The position numbers and the translations under genes were made by a program. Below the pieces are notes generated by a model. The model worked only from the letters and a program-made list of their open reading frames with translations, was not told where the DNA came from and did no database searches. DNA of 28,845 bases. Origin: a virus. Where the stretch lies: UHGV virus genome UHGV-0374663; one strand, given 5' to 3'. Positions 1 to 8,062 of this stretch are shown here, piece by piece (position 1 is the first letter of the stretch; every line of letters begins with the position of its first letter).

Positions 1-1014
1 TTATCGAATCGTTAAACCACCCTTTAGTGGGTTTAACGCTACTGCGTTTTGCAGGTAATCAGGCGCAAGGTGCGCATAGGCCATCGTCTGCTGAATGCTC
101 GCATGCCCCAGAATCTGTTGCAGTGCAATTATGTTGCCCCCATTCATCATGAAATGACTTGCGAATGTATGTCGCAGGATATGGGTTGCCTGATTGGGTG
201 GTATATCAGGTTTCACTCTGCGTAAAATCCCGCAAAACTTCTCATAATCAACTTTGAATAATTTGGCACTGGCCTCCTCTTTAACTTTTTTCTCCAGTTC
301 CTCAGAAATCGGCACGGTTCGCTTTTTACCGTTTTTGGTTTTCAGGAAGGTAACCCTGCAATTTGTAATCTGTGCTGGTTTTAGCGTGGCAACTTCCGTC
401 CATCTTCCTCCAGTGCTCAGACATAAAAGCGCGACAAGTAAGTCATCACCAGCCAAAACATTTAACAGTTTTTCGATTTCTGCTTTTTCCAGGAACGTCA
501 TTTCAGGGTTGGCCTCCGTCAGTGGCGGCAGTCCGTGAATTGGGTGTTGCCCGGAAAATTCATCCAGTTGAATTAATTTTGTGAACATGCCGGATAATCG
601 GTATATGTCACGATTTATCGTTGCAGCACTGATGCCATCACGCAGTCGCATGGAGCGATAATCCATCAAAGCCCTTTTGTTCATCCGGCTCACCGGTATA
701 TCACCTATACCGCTGATGGTTTTGAGTAGATGATTAAACTCTTTTGTCCCATGCTCGTGGTTTTGCCCGTGATATTTCCACCAGATGTCGAGCAATTCTG
801 TCAAAGTTCGGCGGTCTGCTCGCTGGCCTGCCCATTCTTTCTGACTGGCATTGGCGATTGTGTATCGCTCAAATGCTACAGCCTCAGCTTTTCTTTCAAA
901 CTTCCTGCGGATGCGTTTTCCGTCGCGACCGCGAGGTCTAATGTCCACTTCATAGCGTCCATCATCGAGCTTCTTAATTGACATAAGAAAGCCCTCTGAC
1001 GCTGTATTCACCAT
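1..1014 (-). CDS. int: Tyrosine integrase (P2 Int-like)
   Basis: 337-aa ORF with C-terminal tyrosine-recombinase motifs (HILRHTFASHF...LGHASIQQTMAYAHL). An alternative start at 984 (MSIKK...) has a better GAGG Shine-Dalgarno; the 337-aa length from 1014 matches P2 Int as I recall it. Confidence 0.9.
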   Translation of the reverse strand: MVNTASEGFLMSIKKLDDGRYEVDIRPRGRDGKRIRRKFERKAEAVAFERYTIANASQKEWAGQRADRRTLTELLDIWWKYHGQNHEHGTKEFNHLLKTISGIGDIPVSRMNKRALMDYRSMRLRDGISAATINRDIYRLSGMFTKLIQLDEFSGQHPIHGLPPLTEANPEMTFLEKAEIEKLLNVLAGDDLLVALLCLSTGGRWTEVATLKPAQITNCRVTFLKTKNGKKRTVPISEELEKKVKEEASAKLFKVDYEKFCGILRRVKPDIPPNQATHILRHTFASHFMMNGGNIIALQQILGHASIQQTMAYAHLAPDYLQNAVALNPLKGGLTIR

Positions 1015-1053
1015 CTTGGTAACAAATGGTGAAAATGTAATGTTTATAGAGTG

Positions 1054-1347
1054 TTAACCAGTCTGTTTCCCGGAGTGGTCTGATTCTGTTGGTTTTTGCC
1101 CAATGTGTGCGAGAGCCGGCGCGATCTGACCAGCTTGTGGTGACGTATCACCAGTCATTAACCAGAGCGTATATTTTTTAAATAAAGGTGTATTTGTGAC
1201 TCGCATCACGATGCTGAGACCTGGGTCTTTATGCCCACTTTCGTAATTTTTGACTGTTCCTAGAGCTATCCCGCTAATTTCGCTGAATTTAGCCTGTGTT
1301 AAGCCTTCTGCTTTCCTAATCGCTTTCAGTTTTTCGAATGTCTGCAT
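1054..1347 (-). CDS. C: Immunity repressor C (HTH, XRE-like)
   Basis: 97-aa ORF directly upstream of int on the same strand; helix-turn-helix-like segment (LTQAKFSEISGIALGTVKNYESG); position and size match P2 C. Confidence 0.85.
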   Translation of the reverse strand: MQTFEKLKAIRKAEGLTQAKFSEISGIALGTVKNYESGHKDPGLSIVMRVTNTPLFKKYTLWLMTGDTSPQAGQIAPALAHIGQKPTESDHSGKQTG

Positions 1348-1376
1348 TTGACAGTAACCTATTGGTGACTTATATT
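1348..1376 (+). promoter_or_regulatory. Putative early promoter Pe (sigma70-like: TTGACA, 17-bp spacer, TATATT)
   Basis: TTGACA at 1348..1353 and TATATT at 1371..1376 on the + strand, abutting the C start codon and pointing toward cox; consistent with the face-to-face Pe/Pc arrangement of P2. Confidence 0.5.
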
Positions 1377-1403
1377 CCCGTCAAAAGGTTGTGTATTGGT
1401 GAC
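1360..1403. promoter_or_regulatory. Putative C-repressor operator: direct repeats TATTGGTGAC flanking the Pe -10
   Basis: TATTGGTGAC occurs at 1360..1369 and 1394..1403, 34 bp apart, on either side of the TATATT hexamer; P2 C operators are described as direct repeats flanking the Pe -10. Confidence 0.35.
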
Positions 1404-1419
1404 CTTTTGAGTGTGTTAG

Positions 1420-1460
1420 CCAGTCCCTAGAAAGGACAGGGGCGACCTAGAAGGGACTGG
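1420..1460. promoter_or_regulatory. Inverted repeat CCAGTCCCT/AGGGACTGG with internal direct repeats CCTAGAA(A/G)GG; possible Cox-binding or Pc region
   Basis: Perfect 9-bp inverted repeat at 1420..1428 and 1452..1460 separated by 23 bp; direct repeats CCTAGAAAGG (1426..1435) and CCTAGAAGGG (1446..1455). Lies between Pe and cox where the P2 Pc promoter and cox boxes would be. Confidence 0.3.
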
Positions 1461-1499
1461 ATCTAATAAGGGTAACACGAAAGCAAAAAGGGCTAATCA

Positions 1500-1772
1500 A
1501 TGGAAGTCAATGACTATGTGATTCAGTACCCTATTGATGCGGTACATACGGTTAAGTTTGCAGAGTTACTTGGTAAGCCAGAAACGGCTGTAGTCAAGAT
1601 GGTAAAAGAGAATAAATTGCCAGTTATTGAGCTTCGTGATCCAAGTAAGCCGAACGCTCGTGCCGGTGAAAAATGGGTTTTCATTCCTGAGTTTAATCGC
1701 GCTGTACGTGAGGCGTTTTATAACCGACCGGTTGAACAGCGTGATGCATGGCTTTTGTGGATGGGGTTGTGA
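1500..1772 (+). CDS. cox: Cox (excisionase / lytic-switch regulator)
   Basis: 90-aa ORF, first gene rightward from the immunity region; size and position match P2 Cox (about 91 aa). Confidence 0.8.
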   Translation: MEVNDYVIQYPIDAVHTVKFAELLGKPETAVVKMVKENKLPVIELRDPSKPNARAGEKWVFIPEFNRAVREAFYNRPVEQRDAWLLWMGL

Positions 1773-1774
1773 TT

Positions 1775-1945
1775 ATGAATGAGCCGCGTTGTATTGCTCA
1801 GTTACTGCGTAACGAAAGCCCCAGGGCGATTGACTTCACCATCACCCACGGGAAGGGGCGCAAGGGAATCATTATCCGCACCAAAAAACAGAGTCCGTTA
1901 AAGAAGGCTCTGACCTTTCTGAAAAGCCGGAGGGTATGGAAATGA
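1775..1945 (+). CDS. Small early protein (P2 orf78 position)
   Basis: ORF-track frame 1748..1945; the ATG at 1775 lies just after the cox stop with a weak G-rich Shine-Dalgarno. Basic small protein; no motif recognised. Confidence 0.45.
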   Translation: MNEPRCIAQLLRNESPRAIDFTITHGKGRKGIIIRTKKQSPLKKALTFLKSRRVWK

Positions 1946-2442
1946 CAGTGATGACGCTTAATCTCGTTGAAAAACAGCCAGCAGCTATGCGCCGGATAAT
2001 TGGTAAGCATCTTGCCGTCCCTCGCTGGCAGGATACATGTGATTATTATAATCAGATGATGGAGCGCGAACGGTTAACGGTTTGCTTTCATGCGCAGTTA
2101 AAACAGCGTCACGCAACGATGCGTTTTGAAGAAATGAACGACGTCGAACGTGAACGGCTGGTTTGTGCAATTGATGAATTGCGTGGGGCATTCTCAAAAC
2201 GCCGTCAGGTTGGCGCAAGTGAGTATGCATATATTAGTTTTTTAACAGTCAGTCAGCGTCGTACTTTATTTATGCATGCCGGATTGACTGAAAAAGAATT
2301 CAACCAGCCATACTGGCGAATTAATGAAGAATCATGTTACTGGCGTGATGCTTTATTCCGTGCATTACGTGAATTATTCAGCCTGTTTGAGTACGCACCG
2401 ACAATTCTGACGTCGGTAAAACCAGAGCAATATCTGCATTAA
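1942..2442 (+). CDS. B: Replication protein B-like
   Basis: ORF 1936..2442; the ATG at 1942 gives 166 aa (the P2 B length as I recall it) with GGAGGG 7 nt upstream. Assigned by position between cox and A. Confidence 0.7.
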   Translation: MTVMTLNLVEKQPAAMRRIIGKHLAVPRWQDTCDYYNQMMERERLTVCFHAQLKQRHATMRFEEMNDVERERLVCAIDELRGAFSKRRQVGASEYAYISFLTVSQRRTLFMHAGLTEKEFNQPYWRINEESCYWRDALFRALRELFSLFEYAPTILTSVKPEQYLH

Positions 2443-2505
2443 ATAATTAACCAGAGTTTTTAACGCACTTAATCGTGCGGGGCTTCTTTTTGCCTGGAGA
2501 AAGTC

Positions 2506-2730
2506 ATGCATACAGTTTCTGAAAATCAGTGCGGTATATACGCATTACTGCTGCAACAGGCCAGAACCGAAGCACAGGCCGACGCTGCGACGCGCTTTTC
2601 TTCTCATCTTGACGCCATGATTCGCCACATCACAAAGGCGGAGTTATCCCGCGTGGAGATAGTCGAGCTGCTCAGTCAGGAGTCGGAAAAATTTCACAAT
2701 ATCGGATTATCTCGCGGGGAGGTGCTTTGA
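2506..2730 (+). CDS. Early hypothetical protein (P2 orf80 position)
   Basis: 74-aa ORF in the early operon; stop overlaps the next start (ATGA-type coupling). Confidence 0.55.
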
Positions 2731-3032
2731 TGTCCTGTTCTCATTCAGTTGTATTACTGAATAACGCCTTAAAAATCGCCGTTATGAAAAATGGCGATTT
2801 GTCTCTTATTCGACTTGGTCTTGATAAAGAAAAACGCGAAATAACTGAATCTGTTTTCGCGATTTATCAGAACGAATTAAATCTCCTGTCTGATGTGGTC
2901 AATTTACTTGTTAAACGCGCTGTATTTCATAAGCAAATTTCATCCGTGGATGAACTGACAAAATTAACGACAGAAATCGCCAGCTATTGCGCTGATGAAT
3001 TTAAGAAGCTGAACGACAAAAGGAGCTGGTAA
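2727..3032 (+). CDS. Early hypothetical protein (P2 orf81 position)
   Basis: 101-aa ORF, translationally coupled to its neighbours. Confidence 0.55.
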
Positions 3033-3256
3033 TGCCGGACAACGTAGATTTTATTCAGGAACAACAGGCTGAATTACTGGAGCGCCAGATTAACGCGGCA
3101 AGGGTAAAGCATTGCGGTGTTTCTGCGCTGGTTTGCGAAGAGTGTGACGCGCCAATACCTGCTGCCCGTCGTGCGGCTTATCCGTCAGCCACGCGTTGTG
3201 TTTCCTGCCAGTCAGTCTTTGAAGCAAAAAACAAGCATTACCGGAGAATGGCATGA
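3032..3256 (+). CDS. Small C4 zinc-finger protein (TraR/DksA-like; P2 orf82 position)
   Basis: 74 aa with CEECDAPIP...RCVSCQ (a CxxC-N17-CxxC motif). Confidence 0.6.
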   Translation: MPDNVDFIQEQQAELLERQINAARVKHCGVSALVCEECDAPIPAARRAAYPSATRCVSCQSVFEAKNKHYRRMA

Positions 3257-3528
3257 GTATTCGTATTGAAATTGGCGAACGTTATGTCGTTACCAGTGAC
3301 AGCTTTCAGTTTATTCTCCACGAGAAAAAGAGAGCTGAAAGCGGTAAAAACGCCGGTCAGGAATGGCTGGCGGTGGTTGGTTATTACCCGAAATTAAGCC
3401 AGCTCGTTTCCGGCATGATGCATCACGATATTCTGACCGGAAGCGCAAAGTCTTTTGCTGATTTAAACGCGCAGGTTGAGCAACTCAGCAAGCGTTGTTC
3501 AGAGGCTTTTGGCTCATATGGCCGTTAA
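3253..3528 (+). CDS. Early hypothetical protein (P2 orf83 position)
   Basis: 91-aa ORF; its stop overlaps the start of gene A. Confidence 0.55.
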   Translation: MSIRIEIGERYVVTSDSFQFILHEKKRAESGKNAGQEWLAVVGYYPKLSQLVSGMMHHDILTGSAKSFADLNAQVEQLSKRCSEAFGSYGR

Positions 3529-5794
3529 AGCCTCCGGGCGTTTTGTCCCTCCGTCAGCATTTGCCGCAGGCACCGGTAAGGCGTTTACCGGTGCTTATGC
3601 ATGGAACGCGCCACGCGAGGCTGTCGGGCGCGAAAGACCCCTTACACGTGACGAGATGCGTCAGGTGCAAGGTGTTTTATCCACGATTAACCGCCTGCCT
3701 TACTTTTTGCGCTCGCTGTTTACTTCACGCTATGACTACATCCGGCGCAATAAAAGCCCGGTGCACGGGTTTTATTTCCTCACATCCACTTTTCAGCGTC
3801 GTTTATGGCCGCGCATTGAGCGTGTGAATCAGCGCCATGAAATGAACACCGACGCGTCGTTGCTGTTTCTGGCAGAGCGTGACCACTATGCGCGCCTGCC
3901 GGGAATGAATGACAAGGAGCTGAAAAAGTTTGCTGCCCGTATATCATCGCAGCTTTTCATGATGTATGAGGAACTCTGCGATGCCTGGGTGGATGCGCAT
4001 GGCGAAAAAGAATCGCTGTTTACGGATGAGGCGCAGGCTCACCTCTATGGTCATGTTGCTGGCGCTGCACGTGCTTTCAATATTTCCCCTCTCTACTGGA
4101 AAAAATACCGTAAAGGACAGATGACCACGAGGCAGGCATATTCTGCCATTGCCCGTCTGTTTAACGATGAGTGGTGGATTAGTCAGCTTCAAGGCCAGCG
4201 TATGCGCTGGCATGAGGCGTTACTGATTGCTGTCGGGGAGGTCAATAAAGACCGTTCTCCTTATGCCAGTAAACATGCCATTCGTGATGTGCGTGCACGC
4301 CGCCAGGCAAATCTGGAGTTTCTTAAATCGTGTGACCTTGAAAATAAGGAAACCGGCGAGCGCATTGACCTTATCAGTAAGGTGATGGGCAGTATTTCTA
4401 ATCCTGAAATTCGCCGGATGGAGCTGATGAACACCATTGCCGGTATTGAGCGTTACGCCGCTGCAGAGGGTGATGTGGGGATGTTTATCACGCTGACCGC
4501 GCCGTCAAAGTATCACCCGACACGTCAGGTCGGAAAAGGAGAAAGTAAAACCGTCCAGCTTAATCACGGCTGGAATGATGAGGCATTTAATCCAAAGGAT
4601 GCGCAGCGTTATCTCTGCCGTATCTGGAGCCTGGTGCGCACGGCATTCAAAGATAATGATTTACAGGTCTACGGTTTGCGAGTCGTCGAGCCACACCACG
4701 ACGGAACGCCGCACTGGCATATGATGCTTTTTTGTAATCCACGCCAGCGTAACCAGATTATCGAAATCATGCGTCGCTATGCGCTCAAAGAGGATGGCGA
4801 CGAAAGAGGAGCCGCGCGAAACCGTTTTCAGGCAAAACATCTTAACCGGGGCGGTGCTGCGGGATATATTGCTAAATACATCTCAAAAAATATCGACGGC
4901 TATGCACTGGATGGTCAGCTCGATAACGATACCGGCAGGCCGCTGAAAGACACTGCAGCGGCTGTTACCGCATGGGCGTCAACGTGGCGCATCCCACAAT
5001 TTAAAACGGTTGGTCTGCCGACAATGGGGGCTTACCGTGAACTACGCAAATTGCCTCGCGGCGTCAGCATTGCTGATGAGTTTGACGAGCGCGTCGAGGC
5101 TGCACGCGCCGCTGCAGACAGTGGTGATTTTGCGTTGTATATCAGCGCGCAGGGCGGGGCAAATGTCCCGCGCGATTGTCAGACTGTCAGGGTCGCCCGT
5201 AGCCCGTCGGATGACGTTAACGAGTACGAGGAAGAAGTCGAGAGAGTGGTCGGCATTTACGCGCCGCATCTCGGCGCGCGTCATATTCATATCACCAGAA
5301 CGACGGACTGGCGCATTGTGCCGAAAGTGCCGGTCGTTGAGCCTTTGACGTTAAAAAGCGGCATCGCCGCGCCTCGGAGTCCTGTCAATAACTGTGGAAA
5401 GCTCACCGGTGGTGATACTTCGTCACCGGCTCCCACGCCTTCTGAGCACGCCGCAGCAGTGCTTAATCTGGTTGATGACGGTGTTATCGAATGGAATGAC
5501 CCGGAGGTCGTGAGGGCGCTCAGAGGTGCATTAAAACACGAACTGAGAACACCAAATCGTCAGCAGAGAAACGGAAGCCCGTTAAAACCACATGAAATAG
5601 CGCCATCGGCCAGACTGACCCGGTCGGAACGAATGCAAATCACCCGTATCCGCGTTGACCTTGCTCAGAACGGTATCAGGCCTCAGCGATGGGAGCTTGA
5701 GGCGCTGGCGCGTGGCGCGACAGTAAATTATGACGGAATAAAATTCACGTATCCTGTCGCTGATGAGTGGCAGGGATTCACAATGGACCATTGA
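3518..5794 (+). CDS. A: Replication initiation endonuclease A (rolling-circle Rep, HUH family)
   Basis: ORF-track frame 3476..5794; start MAVKASGRF at 3518 matches the P2 gpA N-terminus as I recall it. HUH motif PHHDGTPHWHMMLF and active-site tyrosine region AKYISKNIDGY are present. Confidence 0.92.
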   Translation: MAVKASGRFVPPSAFAAGTGKAFTGAYAWNAPREAVGRERPLTRDEMRQVQGVLSTINRLPYFLRSLFTSRYDYIRRNKSPVHGFYFLTSTFQRRLWPRIERVNQRHEMNTDASLLFLAERDHYARLPGMNDKELKKFAARISSQLFMMYEELCDAWVDAHGEKESLFTDEAQAHLYGHVAGAARAFNISPLYWKKYRKGQMTTRQAYSAIARLFNDEWWISQLQGQRMRWHEALLIAVGEVNKDRSPYASKHAIRDVRARRQANLEFLKSCDLENKETGERIDLISKVMGSISNPEIRRMELMNTIAGIERYAAAEGDVGMFITLTAPSKYHPTRQVGKGESKTVQLNHGWNDEAFNPKDAQRYLCRIWSLVRTAFKDNDLQVYGLRVVEPHHDGTPHWHMMLFCNPRQRNQIIEIMRRYALKEDGDERGAARNRFQAKHLNRGGAAGYIAKYISKNIDGYALDGQLDNDTGRPLKDTAAAVTAWASTWRIPQFKTVGLPTMGAYRELRKLPRGVSIADEFDERVEAARAAADSGDFALYISAQGGANVPRDCQTVRVARSPSDDVNEYEEEVERVVGIYAPHLGARHIHITRTTDWRIVPKVPVVEPLTLKSGIAAPRSPVNNCGKLTGGDTSSPAPTPSEHAAAVLNLVDDGVIEWNDPEVVRALRGALKHELRTPNRQQRNGSPLKPHEIAPSARLTRSERMQITRIRVDLAQNGIRPQRWELEALARGATVNYDGIKFTYPVADEWQGFTMDH

Positions 5795-5903
5795 TGATTA
5801 ACATGAAAGAATTATGGAGCTTGCTTATATCGTGTTATGTCAGTTTACTGGATACAGGGCAAGTGAATGCCCCTTTCCATGAATTAGATTAAAGGCTTGC
5901 AAA

Positions 5904-7235
5904 ATGAACAATAACAGTCAGAAAGCTTTGAGTAAGAAGAAAACCAAGAAAACCAAAAAGAAGTCGCTTACCCCTGAACAAAAAGCATTGCAAGCAGAAC
6001 AAGCAGCAAAAAAAGCGCAAATTATAGAGAATAGGCGCTCTATTACAGCTCATGCTATTAACCTTTTTCAGCAATATACAGCACTCCGTAAAAAAGGATT
6101 AGATAGTTCCACTGCTACTTTGCAAGCTTATGCTGATTATGAAAAAGTACATGGACATAAATTCCTTAGTTCTATCTCTATGTGGACAAAAATCAAAACT
6201 GAAGCAGGGATTCGGATCTATGATCGTGAGAGACAAGATAGTCGTAAATCGCTTAATCTTGCTAAGATCCCAACCCGTTTAGAGGCTAAGCGTAGTGTAC
6301 TGACACAGAATCAAAAGAAAGTACATAACCAGAATGCAAATACATTACGCTTAATCGGTGGCAAAAAGCTACCTGTAACATCTATGGGGCTTATTGTATG
6401 TCCTGTCTGCGAGATACATATAAAAGATAGTGCTATAGAGTGGCATTTACGACACAACCACGTAGATCATATAGATAACCCGTTTACTAACCCTATAGTA
6501 GCTCCGGTTGATACTTTAGAAGAGGCTGTAGAAATACGAGACCTACTAATTGGTGATAAAACACTTCCGATTAAATCTAGTACTATTAATATGGGGAGTG
6601 ACAAGAAAGATAAACGTTATTTTAATAAGCAAGTTTATCAAACGGCATTGCTAACAATGACACAATCAGAAGCGTGGAAACTCGCGACTGATGAAGAATC
6701 TAGTATGACTTTTTTAAGCAATCAGTACATAAGTCCATTAACATCACCGGAACCCAATAATGAAATATCTCTTATCATGGATGGAACAGCTATAGCCATT
6801 AATGAAGGTCTAACTAATCCTTTAAAAGCCGCAAACGATACCTGTGCTACAGGACGAACAGTCGAGGTTACTCATAAAGTCCGTCATGCTGGAGATCAAG
6901 CTGATTTCAAACGCCGTGTTTGGGATAACTTCAATGGCAGATGTGCTATTACTGGCTATCCATTGCCAGAGGGGATATTGGAAGCCGCACATATTGAAGC
7001 AATAACAGAAGCGGCAAATAATAACACATCTAATGGCCTGTTACTTGAAGTAAGTTTGCACCGAATGTTTGATAAAGGATTGATGGGGATTAATCCAGAG
7101 GACTTAACGGTTCATTTCTCTATTAATTGTATCCACAAAACTATGTTTGAGGGTAAAACTCTACAACCACATCATGTAGAACTTGATGCTGACAAGTTGA
7201 TGACAAAATGGAAAAAGTTCAATGATAAGCGTTAA
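5904..7235 (+). CDS. Cargo protein: Lys-rich N-terminus + Zn-finger-like motif + C-terminal HNH nuclease domain
   Basis: 443-aa ORF in an AT-rich segment. HNH motif CAITG...LEAAHI...NGLLLEVSLHRMFDKG (aa 347-391, nt 6942..7073). C166-x2-C169-x11-H181-x2-H184-x-H186 motif (nt 6399..6470). Low-complexity KKKTKKTKKK at aa 11-20. Shine-Dalgarno-like AAAGG upstream of the ATG. Confidence 0.8.
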   Translation: MNNNSQKALSKKKTKKTKKKSLTPEQKALQAEQAAKKAQIIENRRSITAHAINLFQQYTALRKKGLDSSTATLQAYADYEKVHGHKFLSSISMWTKIKTEAGIRIYDRERQDSRKSLNLAKIPTRLEAKRSVLTQNQKKVHNQNANTLRLIGGKKLPVTSMGLIVCPVCEIHIKDSAIEWHLRHNHVDHIDNPFTNPIVAPVDTLEEAVEIRDLLIGDKTLPIKSSTINMGSDKKDKRYFNKQVYQTALLTMTQSEAWKLATDEESSMTFLSNQYISPLTSPEPNNEISLIMDGTAIAINEGLTNPLKAANDTCATGRTVEVTHKVRHAGDQADFKRRVWDNFNGRCAITGYPLPEGILEAAHIEAITEAANNNTSNGLLLEVSLHRMFDKGLMGINPEDLTVHFSINCIHKTMFEGKTLQPHHVELDADKLMTKWKKFNDKR

Positions 7236-7326
7236 CATGACTTCTTCTGGCGCAGCGAGGCATTAGATTTAATTATGTATTATGATTTAATTTGGGGCGT
7301 GATTTGTTATATGGGGAATAGATTAT

Positions 7327-7746
7327 ATGGTGACGCTTGATACTGTTTATTGGAAATTTGGTTATGCTTCGGAAGCAGCTCAATTACTGGAGACTGAGTT
7401 GATAAATATTATCACTGAGTATGATATGAGTCAGGGGAAAGATATACAGTCGCTGAAAAAACAGTTTTTAGAAATGGATAAATACACGCTGGGTAGATTG
7501 AATTACGCACTGAAGTCTAGGATGGTGGAGGATGCTGATACACTGGAGCGTGTGTCTGATGCTCTTAAAGCCAGAAACTACTTAGCACATGACTTTTATC
7601 GCAAACATGCTGAAGGTAAATTCACTCCGGAAGGAAGGCAGAGAATGCTTGCCGACTTAAATAGTGTACATCACATAATTTTTGAGGCTTACCGCAAGGT
7701 TCTGCAACTAAGCGACATTGAAATTCCTCCTTTAGAGCATGATTAA
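7327..7746 (+). CDS. Cargo protein 2: small hypothetical protein, likely co-transcribed with the HNH protein
   Basis: 139-aa ORF 91 bp downstream of the HNH gene on the same strand, same AT-rich composition, GGGGAA Shine-Dalgarno 8 nt upstream; no motif recognised. Confidence 0.65.
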   Translation: MVTLDTVYWKFGYASEAAQLLETELINIITEYDMSQGKDIQSLKKQFLEMDKYTLGRLNYALKSRMVEDADTLERVSDALKARNYLAHDFYRKHAEGKFTPEGRQRMLADLNSVHHIIFEAYRKVLQLSDIEIPPLEHD

Positions 7747-7874
7747 ATCTTGCATGCATTAGATGCATTGGTTTGCATGCATCATTCGTTATTTTCATTT
7801 TCGAGTGCCGTCAGTGTCGGCATGGTTTTGACGGATTCATACATGTGCATTAAAACCTCCCCATGAAGCGGGCG

Positions 7875-7893
7875 GGCGAGGCGGGGAAAGCAC
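7875..7893. other. cos site (P2-type 19-nt cohesive end GGCGAGGCGGGGAAAGCAC)
   Basis: Exact match to the P2 cohesive-end sequence as I remember it, located between the cargo region and the 3' end of portal gene Q, where the virion right and left ends are joined in a prophage. Confidence 0.7.
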
Positions 7894-8035
7894 TGCGCGC
7901 TGGCGGTGGTGCTGATTTTATTTTTTCAGCGTCTGAGCGCGTCGTGATGGCGTTTAGATTGTGCGCCGGGGCGTTGGTTTGTCTGCGGGCTGTTTTGCGC
8001 GGTGGTGAGCGTGTGAGGGCGTGATGACGGGTTGT

Positions 8036-8058
8036 AAAAAAGCCGCCCGCAGGCGGCG
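8036..8058 (-). terminator. Rho-independent terminator downstream of Q
   Basis: On the minus strand: GCCGCC-(4-nt loop)-GGCGGC followed by TTTTTT, beginning 5 nt after the Q stop codon. Confidence 0.6.
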
Positions 8059-8062
8059 ATGT

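Noticed and set aside
1405-1499. Attempt to place the Pc promoter on the minus strand between Pe and cox
   Set aside because: I could not find a -35/-10 pair with acceptable spacing (the best candidates were TTGCTT/TATTAG with the wrong spacer), so no Pc feature is reported.
5889-6074. 61-aa minus-strand ORF (Phe/Leu-rich) overlapping the start of the HNH cargo gene
   Set aside because: It is the antisense shadow of the Lys-rich (AAA/AAG-rich) coding stretch, has no ribosome-binding site, and lies entirely inside a better-supported gene.
7751-7790. Repeated TGCATGCAT / palindromic GCATGC elements after the second cargo gene, possibly a terminator
   Set aside because: The self-complementary segments are short and AT-rich and there is no clear stem-loop followed by a U-tract; insufficient for a terminator call, though it may mark the recombination junction of the cargo.
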